From NCBI RefSeq assembly GCF_000007985.2, contig NC_002939.5:2880001-2912000 (forward strand): a stretch of 32,000 bases of DNA. Reading direction: 5' to 3'. The DNA comes from Geobacter sulfurreducens PCA. GTDB lineage: Bacteria; Desulfobacterota; Desulfuromonadia; Geobacterales; Geobacteraceae. Of the stretch, positions 11,326-18,791 are shown piece after piece. The position numbers and the translations under genes were made by a program. How positions within the stretch are numbered: position 1 is the stretch's first letter; the number at the start of each line of letters is the position of its first letter. A model generated the notes under the pieces. It was given only the letters and a program-made list of their open reading frames with translations, ran no database searches and was not told where the DNA came from.

Positions 11326-12448
11326 CGCTCCCCTGTCCATCGTCCATGCGCGTGAGCACCGCTTCCGGGAAATAGTAGGACAGGATCTCACGGTAGCTGA
11401 ATCCGTCCGAGGCCCGCTGCTTGGCCCCCCACTGGCAGAGGCCGACCCCGTGGCCGTAGCCCATGCCCGTGAACACGGCTTCGTCACCCCGCACCTTCAC
11501 CAGGAAGTTGGTGCTCTTGATAACAGTGTAGCCGACGATCTTTCGGAACGTGACCGCCGGGACCGCGGTGCTCCCGCGGGACGACACCAGTACCAGCTCG
11601 GTGAGACGGCCGCTGTTGTTGCGCTTGCCTTCCCTGATATCTCTGAGCCCGGACACAGCGATGCCCGCCCCCCGAAGGAGCGATTCGAGCTTCTTCAGGG
11701 GCAGGGTCTGTTCCCAGCGGGTTGAGGGCGTATCCGAGCAATAGGCGCAGTCAACGCTCTTGAGGTAGGGAAGCTTGAAGCCCCAGACGTTTTCCGCCAC
11801 CTCGGTCCGGCCGCCGCAGTTGGAATGGTAGAAGGCCTGGATCGGCTGCCCCGCCCAGGTGAGTATCTCTCCTGCGGTTTCGCGCACCCCGCGGGCGGCC
11901 CTGCTGTCTTCAATCTCGCACCCGCCGTAGACCTGATCGAGGACCGTGGACTCCAGGTGATAGGCGGCGCCGGCGCGGGCCTTCTTCTGGTAGACCGCAT
12001 AGGTACGCGCCACCACGGCCTGGGCTTTGACCGACTCCATGGGCCATTGGGACGATATCTCGCAATTGATGAGCCCCACCAGGTAATCTTCGAGGGGGAG
12101 CTCGTTGATGACGAGTATCCCCTTGTCCGCCGGGACCAGCTCGATGATGCCCCGATACCGCTTGCCATTGACCGTCACGGTTGAAGGGGAGGCAATGGTC
12201 AGGCGGCGCAGAACCCTGCCGCCCACGGAAAGGGCTTCGCCGACGCGACGGACGGGGGCCGGCAGCGCGAACCGCACCGGCTCTCCGCCCTGGTCCGTGG
12301 CAAGGAGGCCGTCGCCGTCGACACGGACCTCGTCATCACCCTTGACGATGGCGACCCGCACGGTTTCCTGGCGGAACGGAGCGGTTCCGCCGCCGGCTGT
12401 CGCTGCGAAAAAGACAACGGCCAGAAGGACGAATAACGCTCTCACCAC
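11312..12448 (-). CDS. SpoIID/LytB-domain protein (peptidoglycan remodelling, amidase-enhancer/lytic transglycosylase family)
   Basis: Signal peptide [19 protein letters not shown], followed by SpoIID-type motifs [21 protein letters not shown] and [12 protein letters not shown]. The start is a GTG (12448 or 12445). The 3' end overlaps the queA start by 14 nt. Confidence 0.85.
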
Positions 12449-12498
12449 TGCTGCCCGCCTATGGTGCGCTCTGAGTTTGGTTTCACCGGCCGATGCAT

Positions 12499-12524
12499 AA
12501 AAAGAGGGAGGGGATTGCCCCTCC
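12499..12524 (-). terminator. Terminator-like hairpin oriented on the minus strand, upstream of the spoIID-like gene (alternative reading: 18-bp palindromic protein-binding site)
   Basis: The minus strand reads GGAGGGG-CAAT-CCCCTCC followed by CTCTTTTTAT. The stem has 7 bp, 6 of them G:C. On the plus strand no T-tract follows. No gene ends here. Confidence 0.4.
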
Positions 12525-12548
12525 GCCTGCGTGTGCTTTCCTGGATGG

Positions 12549-12558
12549 AATCCGGATT
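12549..12558. promoter_or_regulatory. Perfect 10-bp palindrome AATCCGGATT
   Basis: Read directly from the sequence. It lies 32 nt upstream of the -24 element at 12590. Confidence 0.3.
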
Positions 12559-12589
12559 AATGGGAGTGCAAAAATCATTAGCCGACACT

Positions 12590-12605
12590 TGGCAAATGAA
12601 TTGCT
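12590..12605 (+). promoter_or_regulatory. Candidate sigma54 (-24/-12) promoter directing transcription toward the HD-GYP gene
   Basis: TTGGCAAATGAATTGCTT. TGGCA and TTGCT have the exact consensus spacing (GG at 12591-12592, GC at 12603-12604). It sits in the AT-richer part of the divergent intergenic region and implies a leader of about 270 nt. Confidence 0.5.
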
Positions 12606-12703
12606 TTTAAATCCTGGCGCGAACAGTCAAATCCTTGCGCAGGTTCGTAATCATAGGGGGAGTCAGATGCCTTGTCAAGCGTTTCGGGGCCGCGGCAGCA
12701 CAG

Positions 12704-12725
12704 GCCGCCGGCAGTGCCCGGCGGC
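12704..12725 (+). other. GC hairpin GCCGCCGG-CAGTGC-CCGGCGGC inside the putative HD-GYP leader
   Basis: Perfect 8-bp inverted repeat with no U-tract. It lies in a very GC-rich 90-nt block of the intergenic region. Confidence 0.35.
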
Positions 12726-12882
12726 ACCGGGAACCGGCTCGCCGGACAATCAGACCGAAGCACTCGCAGGCCACCGGCGTCTGACAATTTGACAACAAGA
12801 AGCCGCCATATCACTTGACTTTGATGCCATTTCCTGCGATTTGACGAATAATCACCCCATAGTGGCACATGGATATCCCTTC

Positions 12883-15021
12883 ATGAATTCTCTTCGAGTA
12901 AAAATTCTCGGCATGATAACCCTGATCGTCGTGGTGATCGTTGCGACGTTCGGATACCTGGAATATCGCAACCAGCAGCGTACCATCACCCGCATTTCGG
13001 CACGCAACGCCCAGATCCTCGCCACCACCATCCAGAACAGTATCGAAAACGTCATGATGAGCGGGCAATCAGACGAGGTGACCCGCATCCTGACGCGCCT
13101 CAAGGCGCACGAAGCCATCAACAGCCTCACCATCTTCGACGAAAACGGCCGCATCCTCAACTCCTCCGACAAGCGCGAAATCGGCGGCCAAGTGGATGTG
13201 CAGGAACTGGAGGCCTACCGCAAGGGAAACGCCATCCACCTGCACAGCGATGGCGCCCACCAGCAGTTTCACAGCATCTCCCTCATTTACAACAAGCCTG
13301 CCTGCCAGGGATGCCACGACGCCGGCCAGGCCATTCTCGGCGCCCTCGAGATCGAGCTTCCCATAGACTACCTCCAGGAGGATCTGGCCAAGGGCAAGAG
13401 TTTTGCCCTGACTTCGACCCTGTTCATGGTCCTGCTGATCTTCGTCACCATATCGCTCTTTCTCCACGCCTACGTGAACCGCCCCCTGAAGACCATCATT
13501 GCGTCAATGCAGCGGGTGGAGCACGGCGACTTCAATGTGCGGAGCGATATTTCCAGCAGCGACGACATGATGGCGCTGTCCGACAACTTCAACATGATGG
13601 TGAACAAGCTCAAGTACTACATGGAAACCACCATCAGCCACGAGCGTGAATTGGCCCGGGCCCAGTCCAAGTTGTCCCACCACCACGAAATGCACATCAT
13701 GAACCAGAAGCTGGAGGAGCAGCTCAGTGAGATCGAGAACCTGAACGTCAGCATGGAAGAGCGGATCGAGGAGATCGAAGAGGCGAACTACAAAATAGCC
13801 GACCTGGCCAGCGAACTGGAGGACAAGAACACCAACCTCGAGCAGGCCGTCGCGAGGCTTTCGACTCTCTACAAGGTGGGTCTCGCCGTCAACTCGACCA
13901 TGGAGCCCGAGCGGCTCTTCAACCTGATCGTGAAGACCACGGTCGACACCCTCCGCGCCCAGATCGGCTACATCATCCTCTACTCGCCCCGGGAGAAGAA
14001 TCTGCAGGTGACGACGCTGCTGGGCCACACCATCCCGGAGGGCTCGACGACAACGCTGCCCATGAAGCAGTCGAGCGTATCCACCTGGGTCATCGAGAAT
14101 CGCCGACCGCTCCTCATCACCACCATGGACGAATGGCCCCAGTTCGACCGGTACAGCTCCCTGGGATACGAACGCAGAACCCTCATTTGCGCCCCGCTCC
14201 AGATCAAGGACGAAATCATCGGCACCATTACGGTGGTGAACAAGGACGACAACTCCACCTACACCATCCAGGAACTGGAACTGCTCTCCACCATCGCCGC
14301 CCAGGCGAGCATCGCCATCAAGAACGCCCAGCTCTACGACGAGCAGCAGGCAACCTATCTTCACACCATCCAGGCGCTGGTTTCCGCCATCGAGGCGAGC
14401 GACAGCTATACCCGCGGCCACTCGGAGCGGGTGACCCGTTACTCCACGGAGCTGGCGCGCAAGCTGCGCCTTTCCGCCGATCGCATCAAGGTGATCGAAC
14501 GGGCCGCTATCCTGCACGACATCGGCAAGATCGGCATCGACCTGAGCCTGCTCCACAAGGAAGGCAAACTCTCGCCGGACGAAATCCGCGACCTTCAACA
14601 GCATCCGGTGATCGGCATGAAGATCCTGGAGCCGATCGACTTTCTCCAGGATGTGCGCCAGTGCATCGGCCAGCACCACGAGCGGTACGACGGCCGCGGC
14701 TACCCGAACCGCCTCGGCCGGGAGGAGCAGTTGCTCGAATCCCGCATCCTCGCCGTGGCCGATGCCTTCGACGCCATGACCTCCGATCGTCCCTACCGCA
14801 AGGCCCTGCCGGTGGATCTGGCGGTGCGGGAATTGATCGACAACGTGGGCACTCAATTCGACCCCGAACTGGTACCGCCCTTCGTCGAACTCCTGGAATC
14901 GGGCATCCTGGGCATCACCTTCCAGCGGAAAGAGCCGGGAGCCTCCTGCCCTGTCCGCGATCATCGGCGCGCGGAGCGCAAGGTGGTCGCCATCAGCGAA
15001 TACGGCCACCGCACCAACTGA
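12883..15021 (+). CDS. Sensor c-di-GMP phosphodiesterase: TM, extracytoplasmic domain with CXXCH heme-c motif, TM, HAMP, coiled coil, GAF, HD-GYP
   Basis: TM1 is ILGMITLIVVVIVATFGYL. CQGCH is encoded at 13303-13317. TM2 is LTSTLFMVLLIFVTISLFL, followed by a HAMP-like NRPLKTIIASMQRVEHGDFNV. After a coiled coil and a GAF-like region come the HD-GYP motifs HSERV, LHDIGKIG and HHERYDGRGYP. I chose the ATG at 12883; the ORF-track TTG at 12841 has no RBS. Confidence 0.85.
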   Translation: MNSLRVKILGMITLIVVVIVATFGYLEYRNQQRTITRISARNAQILATTIQNSIENVMMSGQSDEVTRILTRLKAHEAINSLTIFDENGRILNSSDKREIGGQVDVQELEAYRKGNAIHLHSDGAHQQFHSISLIYNKPACQGCHDAGQAILGALEIELPIDYLQEDLAKGKSFALTSTLFMVLLIFVTISLFLHAYVNRPLKTIIASMQRVEHGDFNVRSDISSSDDMMALSDNFNMMVNKLKYYMETTISHERELARAQSKLSHHHEMHIMNQKLEEQLSEIENLNVSMEERIEEIEEANYKIADLASELEDKNTNLEQAVARLSTLYKVGLAVNSTMEPERLFNLIVKTTVDTLRAQIGYIILYSPREKNLQVTTLLGHTIPEGSTTTLPMKQSSVSTWVIENRRPLLITTMDEWPQFDRYSSLGYERRTLICAPLQIKDEIIGTITVVNKDDNSTYTIQELELLSTIAAQASIAIKNAQLYDEQQATYLHTIQALVSAIEASDSYTRGHSERVTRYSTELARKLRLSADRIKVIERAAILHDIGKIGIDLSLLHKEGKLSPDEIRDLQQHPVIGMKILEPIDFLQDVRQCIGQHHERYDGRGYPNRLGREEQLLESRILAVADAFDAMTSDRPYRKALPVDLAVRELIDNVGTQFDPELVPPFVELLESGILGITFQRKEPGASCPVRDHRRAERKVVAISEYGHRTN

Positions 15022-15124
15022 CCCCCGAAGCACCAGCCGACATTTGCCCACCGGTGGAGATCGTGGTATAACCACCACTGATTCATCGCATCCTGCGCCC
15101 ATTTTATCCAGACAGGAATCGTCC

Positions 15125-16087
15125 GTGGCAAACCTGCTCGACATCAGGCAACTCTCGACCGTTTTCCATCTCGCCGAAGGGGATGTCCATGCCGTGAACG
15201 GCGTCGACATCTCCATTGCCGCCGGTGAAACCGTGGCACTGGTGGGGGAATCCGGCTGTGGGAAAAGTGTAACCGCGGCATCCATCCTGCGGTTGGTCCC
15301 GCCGCCCGGCGAAATAACAGAGGGCGAGATCCGATTTGAAGGGACCGACCTCCTGGCGGCAAGCGAGGCGGAGATGCGCTCCATCCGGGGGAACCGCATC
15401 GGCATGATCTTCCAGGAACCCATGACGTCCCTGAACCCGGTATTCCGGATCGGCAGCCAAATCGCCGAGGGGCTCATCCTCCACCGCCGGCTCGGGCGAC
15501 GGGCGGCGCGGGAGGAGGCAGAGCGCCTGCTGGCCCAGGTGGGGATTCCCGAGCCGGCGTCCCGGCTCGATTCTTATCCCCACCAGTTGTCGGGTGGCAT
15601 GCGGCAGCGCGTCATGATCGCCATGGCGCTGGCCTGCGGCCCGCGGCTTCTGATCGCTGACGAGCCGACCACTGCCTTGGACGTCACCATCCAGGCGCAG
15701 ATACTGGAACTCCTCGACCGTCTCGGCGAAGAGCACCGCATGGCCCTTCTCCTCATCACCCACGACCTGGGAGTGGTTGCCGAGCGGGCTGACCGGACCA
15801 TGGTTATGTACGCGGGACGTATCGTGGAAGAGGGGCTCACCGCCGAACTGGTGACCACCCCCCTGCATCCCTATACCGACGGGCTTCTGGCGTCGCTCCC
15901 CCAGCGCAGCGTTCCGGGCGAGCCGCTGCGTACGATTGCCGGACAGGTGCCGAGCCTGGTCGGCGGGCTCGCCGGCTGCGGCTTCTGCAATCGCTGTCCC
16001 CGCAAGGTACGGGAGTGCGCCCAGGAAACGCCTCCCCTCATCGAACGCTCGCCGGGCCACCGGGCCCGGTGCTGGAATCCCCTATGA
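15125..16087 (+). CDS. Dpp/Opp-type (oligopeptide/dipeptide/nickel family) ABC transporter ATP-binding protein
   Basis: Walker A GESGCGKS, signature LSGGMRQR, Walker [13 protein letters not shown], and an oligopeptide-type C-terminal extension ([13 protein letters not shown]) with the Cys cluster CGFCNRCP...C...C. The GTG at 15125 follows AGGAA and gives the canonical N-terminus [13 protein letters not shown]. The start is uncertain. Confidence 0.85.
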   Translation: MANLLDIRQLSTVFHLAEGDVHAVNGVDISIAAGETVALVGESGCGKSVTAASILRLVPPPGEITEGEIRFEGTDLLAASEAEMRSIRGNRIGMIFQEPMTSLNPVFRIGSQIAEGLILHRRLGRRAAREEAERLLAQVGIPEPASRLDSYPHQLSGGMRQRVMIAMALACGPRLLIADEPTTALDVTIQAQILELLDRLGEEHRMALLLITHDLGVVAERADRTMVMYAGRIVEEGLTAELVTTPLHPYTDGLLASLPQRSVPGEPLRTIAGQVPSLVGGLAGCGFCNRCPRKVRECAQETPPLIERSPGHRARCWNPL

Positions 16088-17079
16088 CCGACCACCTCCT
16101 CAGCGCGGAGAACCTCTCCAAGGCATTTTCCGTCAGTGCCGGTCCCTTTTCCCCCCGGCGGGAGTTGCGGGCCGTCTCGAACGTGACCTTCGGTATCGCC
16201 CCCGGCGAGACCCTGGGACTCGCCGGCGAGTCCGGGTGCGGCAAGTCAACGGTGGGCAAACTTCTCATGGGGCTGATCCCTCCCGACGCCGGCACCATCC
16301 GCTTCAACGGCCGGGCCATGGCCGACATGGCGCGCGACGAACGCCAGTCATTCCACAAAGATGTGCAGATGATCTTTCAGGATCCGTTCTCCTCCCTGAA
16401 TCCGCGCATGCGGGTGGGTGACATCGTGGGCGAGGCGTTGGACATCCACGGACTCGCTCCGCGCGGGGGACGCCGGGCCAGGACCCTGGAACTGCTGGAT
16501 ATGGTGGGGCTTCAGGCAGGCCATGCGGACCGCTATCCCCACGAATTCTCAGGCGGCCAGCGGCAGAGGATCGGCATTGCCCGGGCCATTGCGGTCTCGC
16601 CCCGTGTCATTGTGGCCGATGAACCGGTGTCCGCCCTGGACCTCTCCATCCAAGCCCAGATCATCAACCTCCTGCAGCAGTTGAAACGGGACCTGGGGCT
16701 CTCATATCTCTTCATTGCCCACGACCTGTCCGTGGTCAGACATCTGAGCGATCGGGTTGCGGTCATGTACCTGGGAAAAATCGTGGAGATCGGGACGCGG
16801 GATGCTGTGTTTTCGCGGTTTCAGCACCCCTACACCGAGGCGCTCCTGTCGGCGGTCCCCCGCGTAAAGGCGGGGCTCAGCCACAAACGAATCATCCTGG
16901 CAGGCGATCCGCCTTCACCGCTAAATCCGCCACAGGCCTGCCCTTTCCACCCGCGATGCCCCTATGCAGAGGCAATTTGCCGTACTGATGTCCCCCCCTT
17001 GGAGGAGAAGGGAACCGGCCATTTTGCAGCGTGCCACCTAAGTAAAAAACTGTTTGGTATACCGACACCTTTTTCTTGA
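16084..17079 (+). CDS. Dpp/Opp-type ABC transporter ATP-binding protein (second ATPase)
   Basis: Walker A GESGCGKS, signature FSGGQRQR, Walker B VIVADEPVSALD, C-terminal HPYTEALLSAVP plus CPFHPRCP...C...C. Its ATG overlaps the upstream stop (ATGA). Confidence 0.88.
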   Translation: MTDHLLSAENLSKAFSVSAGPFSPRRELRAVSNVTFGIAPGETLGLAGESGCGKSTVGKLLMGLIPPDAGTIRFNGRAMADMARDERQSFHKDVQMIFQDPFSSLNPRMRVGDIVGEALDIHGLAPRGGRRARTLELLDMVGLQAGHADRYPHEFSGGQRQRIGIARAIAVSPRVIVADEPVSALDLSIQAQIINLLQQLKRDLGLSYLFIAHDLSVVRHLSDRVAVMYLGKIVEIGTRDAVFSRFQHPYTEALLSAVPRVKAGLSHKRIILAGDPPSPLNPPQACPFHPRCPYAEAICRTDVPPLEEKGTGHFAACHLSKKLFGIPTPFS

Positions 17080-17104
17080 CAAGGCATGGTGAGAACCATA
17101 TAAC
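17076..17104 (+). promoter_or_regulatory. Sigma70-type promoter of arsR-family gene (TTGACA-17 nt-TATAAC)
   Basis: The -35 TTGACA is at 17076-17081 and overlaps the stop of the ATPase gene. The spacer is exactly 17 nt and the -10 TATAAC is at 17099-17104. Confidence 0.65.
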
Positions 17105-17110
17105 TATATG
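17097..17110. promoter_or_regulatory. Candidate ArsR-family operator: palindrome CATATA-AC-TATATG overlapping the -10
   Basis: Perfect 6-2-6 inverted repeat read directly from the sequence. It covers the -10 hexamer. Confidence 0.45.
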
Positions 17111-17186
17111 AAATATTCCCTAGGCCCCAATTATCCCGCCGATTCCGGAGGGTCAACGCTTCCGCGGGCAACAGGAAGGATTTTTC

Positions 17187-17471
17187 ATGGAAATGGAAGA
17201 ATTCGACAAGAGCAGAAATTTCACCGATGAAGCGGAAATCTTCAAGGTACTCGGCCACCCGGTCAGGCTCAAGATCGTGGCGGGGCTCTGCACAAGGGAA
17301 TGTAACGTTAAGCATATCTGGGAGTGTCTCGGCCTTCCCCAGGCAACCGTTTCCCAGCATCTGGCCCTGCTCAAGAACAAGGGGATCATCGAAGGCAAGC
17401 GCGACGGCGTCGAGGTCCACTATACTGTGGTCCACCCCTTGGCCAAAAAGCTCATCGACGTGCTCGGCTAG
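17187..17471 (+). CDS. ArsR/SmtB-family winged-helix transcriptional regulator
   Basis: 94 aa with FKVLGHPVRLKIVAGLCTRECNVKHIWECLGLPQATVSQHLALLKNKGII, the ArsR HTH signature. RBS AGGAAGGA lies upstream. Confidence 0.88.
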   Translation: MEMEEFDKSRNFTDEAEIFKVLGHPVRLKIVAGLCTRECNVKHIWECLGLPQATVSQHLALLKNKGIIEGKRDGVEVHYTVVHPLAKKLIDVLG

Positions 17472-17501
17472 TCTTTCCACCACCCTACTGACGTCACACC
17501 G

Positions 17502-17530
17502 AATCCCCTCCAGGCGAGGGGATTTTTTTT
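17502..17530 (+). terminator. Rho-independent terminator after arsR
   Basis: AATCCCCTC-CAGGC-GAGGGGATT followed by a T-run. The stem has 9 bp. Confidence 0.85.
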
Positions 17531-17539
17531 GGAGCACGC

Positions 17540-18730
17540 ATGAACGGAACGAACAGGACACGGATCATCCTCAACCGCGGCGAGGAGCGCCGGATCAGGG
17601 GCGGACACCCCTGGGTCTTCAGCAACGAGATCCGCGATATCCAGGGTGAGCGGCTCCCGGGCATCACCGCCGACATCTTCGACACCGGCGGCGGTTTCCT
17701 GGGAACGGGGTACTACAATCCCCGGTCACTGATCGCGGCGCGCCTCCTCACGCGGGAGCGGGCCGACATCGACAACCGGGACTTCTTTCTGGAACGGATC
17801 GGCCGAGCGCTGGCGCTACGTCGGCAGCTCTACCCGGGCATGGAAACCTTTCGCCTGGTGCACGGCGAAGGGGATTTCCTGCCGGGACTCGTGATCGACA
17901 AGTACGGCGAATGGCTGTCCATCCAGCTTCTGACTGCCGGGATGGACGCCCGACGGGAGCTGATCGTGGCGACGCTGACGGAACTCCTGGCCCCCCGAGG
18001 GATCGTTGCCCGCAACGATGTGGCGGTGAGATCGCTGGAAGGACTCGTCGAAGAGGTGGAGGTCCTGGCGGGGGAAACACCCGGCGAACTTGAGATCGAA
18101 GAGCATGGCCTCCGGTTCAGGGTGGATATCATGGGTGGGCAAAAGACCGGACACTTCCTGGACCAGAAGGAGAATCATCTCCTCCTGAAGGGGATCAGCG
18201 AAGGGAAGCGGGTACTCGACTGCTTTTCCTATTCGGGCAGCTGGGGGATCCACGCCGCGGCCTTCGGTGCCGCGGAAACACTGTGTCTGGATGTTTCGGA
18301 GCGGGCGGCCGCCCTGGTCATGGCCAATGCCCGGCTCAACGGCCTGGGAGACAGGGTGCGGGCCGAGGTCTGCGATGCCTTCGAGCGACTGGCGAGCCTG
18401 CGTCACGAGGGACGGCGCTTCGGTGTGGTGGTCCTTGATCCGCCGGCCTTCGTAAAGAGCAAAAAGGCCCTGAAGGAGGCGGAAAAGGGCTACCTGACCG
18501 TCAACCGGCGGGGAATGGAGCTGTTGGAGGAGGGGGGATACCTCATCACCTGCTCATGCTCCTACCATATGGGAAGAGAGCCGCTCCGGGAGCTTCTGGC
18601 CCAGGCTGCCCGTCAGGCCGGTCGCCACATGAGGGTGGTGGGCGTCCGGTCCCAGGCGCCGGACCACCCGGTGCTGCTGGCCGTGCCGGAAACCGAATAC
18701 CTCAAGTGCTTCATTCTCCAGGCGGTCTGA
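17540..18730 (+). CDS. rlmI: Class I SAM-dependent rRNA methyltransferase, RlmI/YccW-like (PUA-like N-domain plus methyltransferase)
   Basis: 396 aa with RIILNRGEERRIRGGHPWVFSNEI at the N-terminus, QKTGHFLDQKEN, and the SAM motifs VLDCFSYSG and VVLDPPAF. GGAG RBS at 17531. Confidence 0.8.
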   Translation: MNGTNRTRIILNRGEERRIRGGHPWVFSNEIRDIQGERLPGITADIFDTGGGFLGTGYYNPRSLIAARLLTRERADIDNRDFFLERIGRALALRRQLYPGMETFRLVHGEGDFLPGLVIDKYGEWLSIQLLTAGMDARRELIVATLTELLAPRGIVARNDVAVRSLEGLVEEVEVLAGETPGELEIEEHGLRFRVDIMGGQKTGHFLDQKENHLLLKGISEGKRVLDCFSYSGSWGIHAAAFGAAETLCLDVSERAAALVMANARLNGLGDRVRAEVCDAFERLASLRHEGRRFGVVVLDPPAFVKSKKALKEAEKGYLTVNRRGMELLEEGGYLITCSCSYHMGREPLRELLAQAARQAGRHMRVVGVRSQAPDHPVLLAVPETEYLKCFILQAV

Positions 18731-18742
18731 TCTCCGGTCGAA

Positions 18743-18763
18743 GGGCAGCGCCGCGCGCTGCCC
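18743..18763. terminator. Stem-loop between convergent rlmI and bioC (possible bidirectional terminator)
   Basis: GGGCAGCG-CCGCG-CGCTGCCC, a perfect 8-bp stem. U-tracts are poor on both strands. Confidence 0.35.
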
Positions 18764-18791
18764 CCTGCTTCCCGGCGCTTCACGTTTTCAG

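Noticed and set aside
11326-11487. N-terminal extensions proposed by the longest-ORF track. They affect queA here, and likewise bioF 21597-21683, the phosphoesterase 21583-21762, the lipoprotein 24221-24298, hemerythrin 25800-25841, rbr 2825-2860, and the ATPases 15044-15124 and 16015-16083.
   Set aside because: In each case an internal start with a good Shine-Dalgarno sequence gives the family-typical N-terminus. The extension overlaps a neighbouring gene or a promoter region.
12642-12652. GGTTCGTAATC, reminiscent of a tRNA T-loop
   Set aside because: The flanks cannot form a T-stem, acceptor stem or anticodon arm, so it is not a tRNA.
12493-12868. ORFs of 99, 96 and 63 aa inside the 434-bp divergent intergenic region
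   Set aside because: Third codon positions are not GC-enriched, unlike every real gene here. There are no RBSs and the peptides are Cys/Arg-rich and implausible. I treat the region as regulatory or non-coding.
12863-12878. TGGCAC hexamer just upstream of the HD-GYP start codon
   Set aside because: The -12 position reads TATC rather than TTGC, and the element sits 15 nt from the ATG, too close to serve this gene.
12616-12882. Possible c-di-GMP/cGAMP (GEMM-type) riboswitch in the HD-GYP leader
   Set aside because: I could not find the conserved GEMM-I core sequences or a tetraloop/receptor arrangement by eye. I left it as an unclassified structured leader pending a covariance-model scan.
13504-15477. 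657-aa minus-strand ORF antisense to the HD-GYP gene
   Set aside because: Same reasoning. The sense strand carries the HAMP/GAF/HD-GYP motifs and the antisense product is low-complexity.
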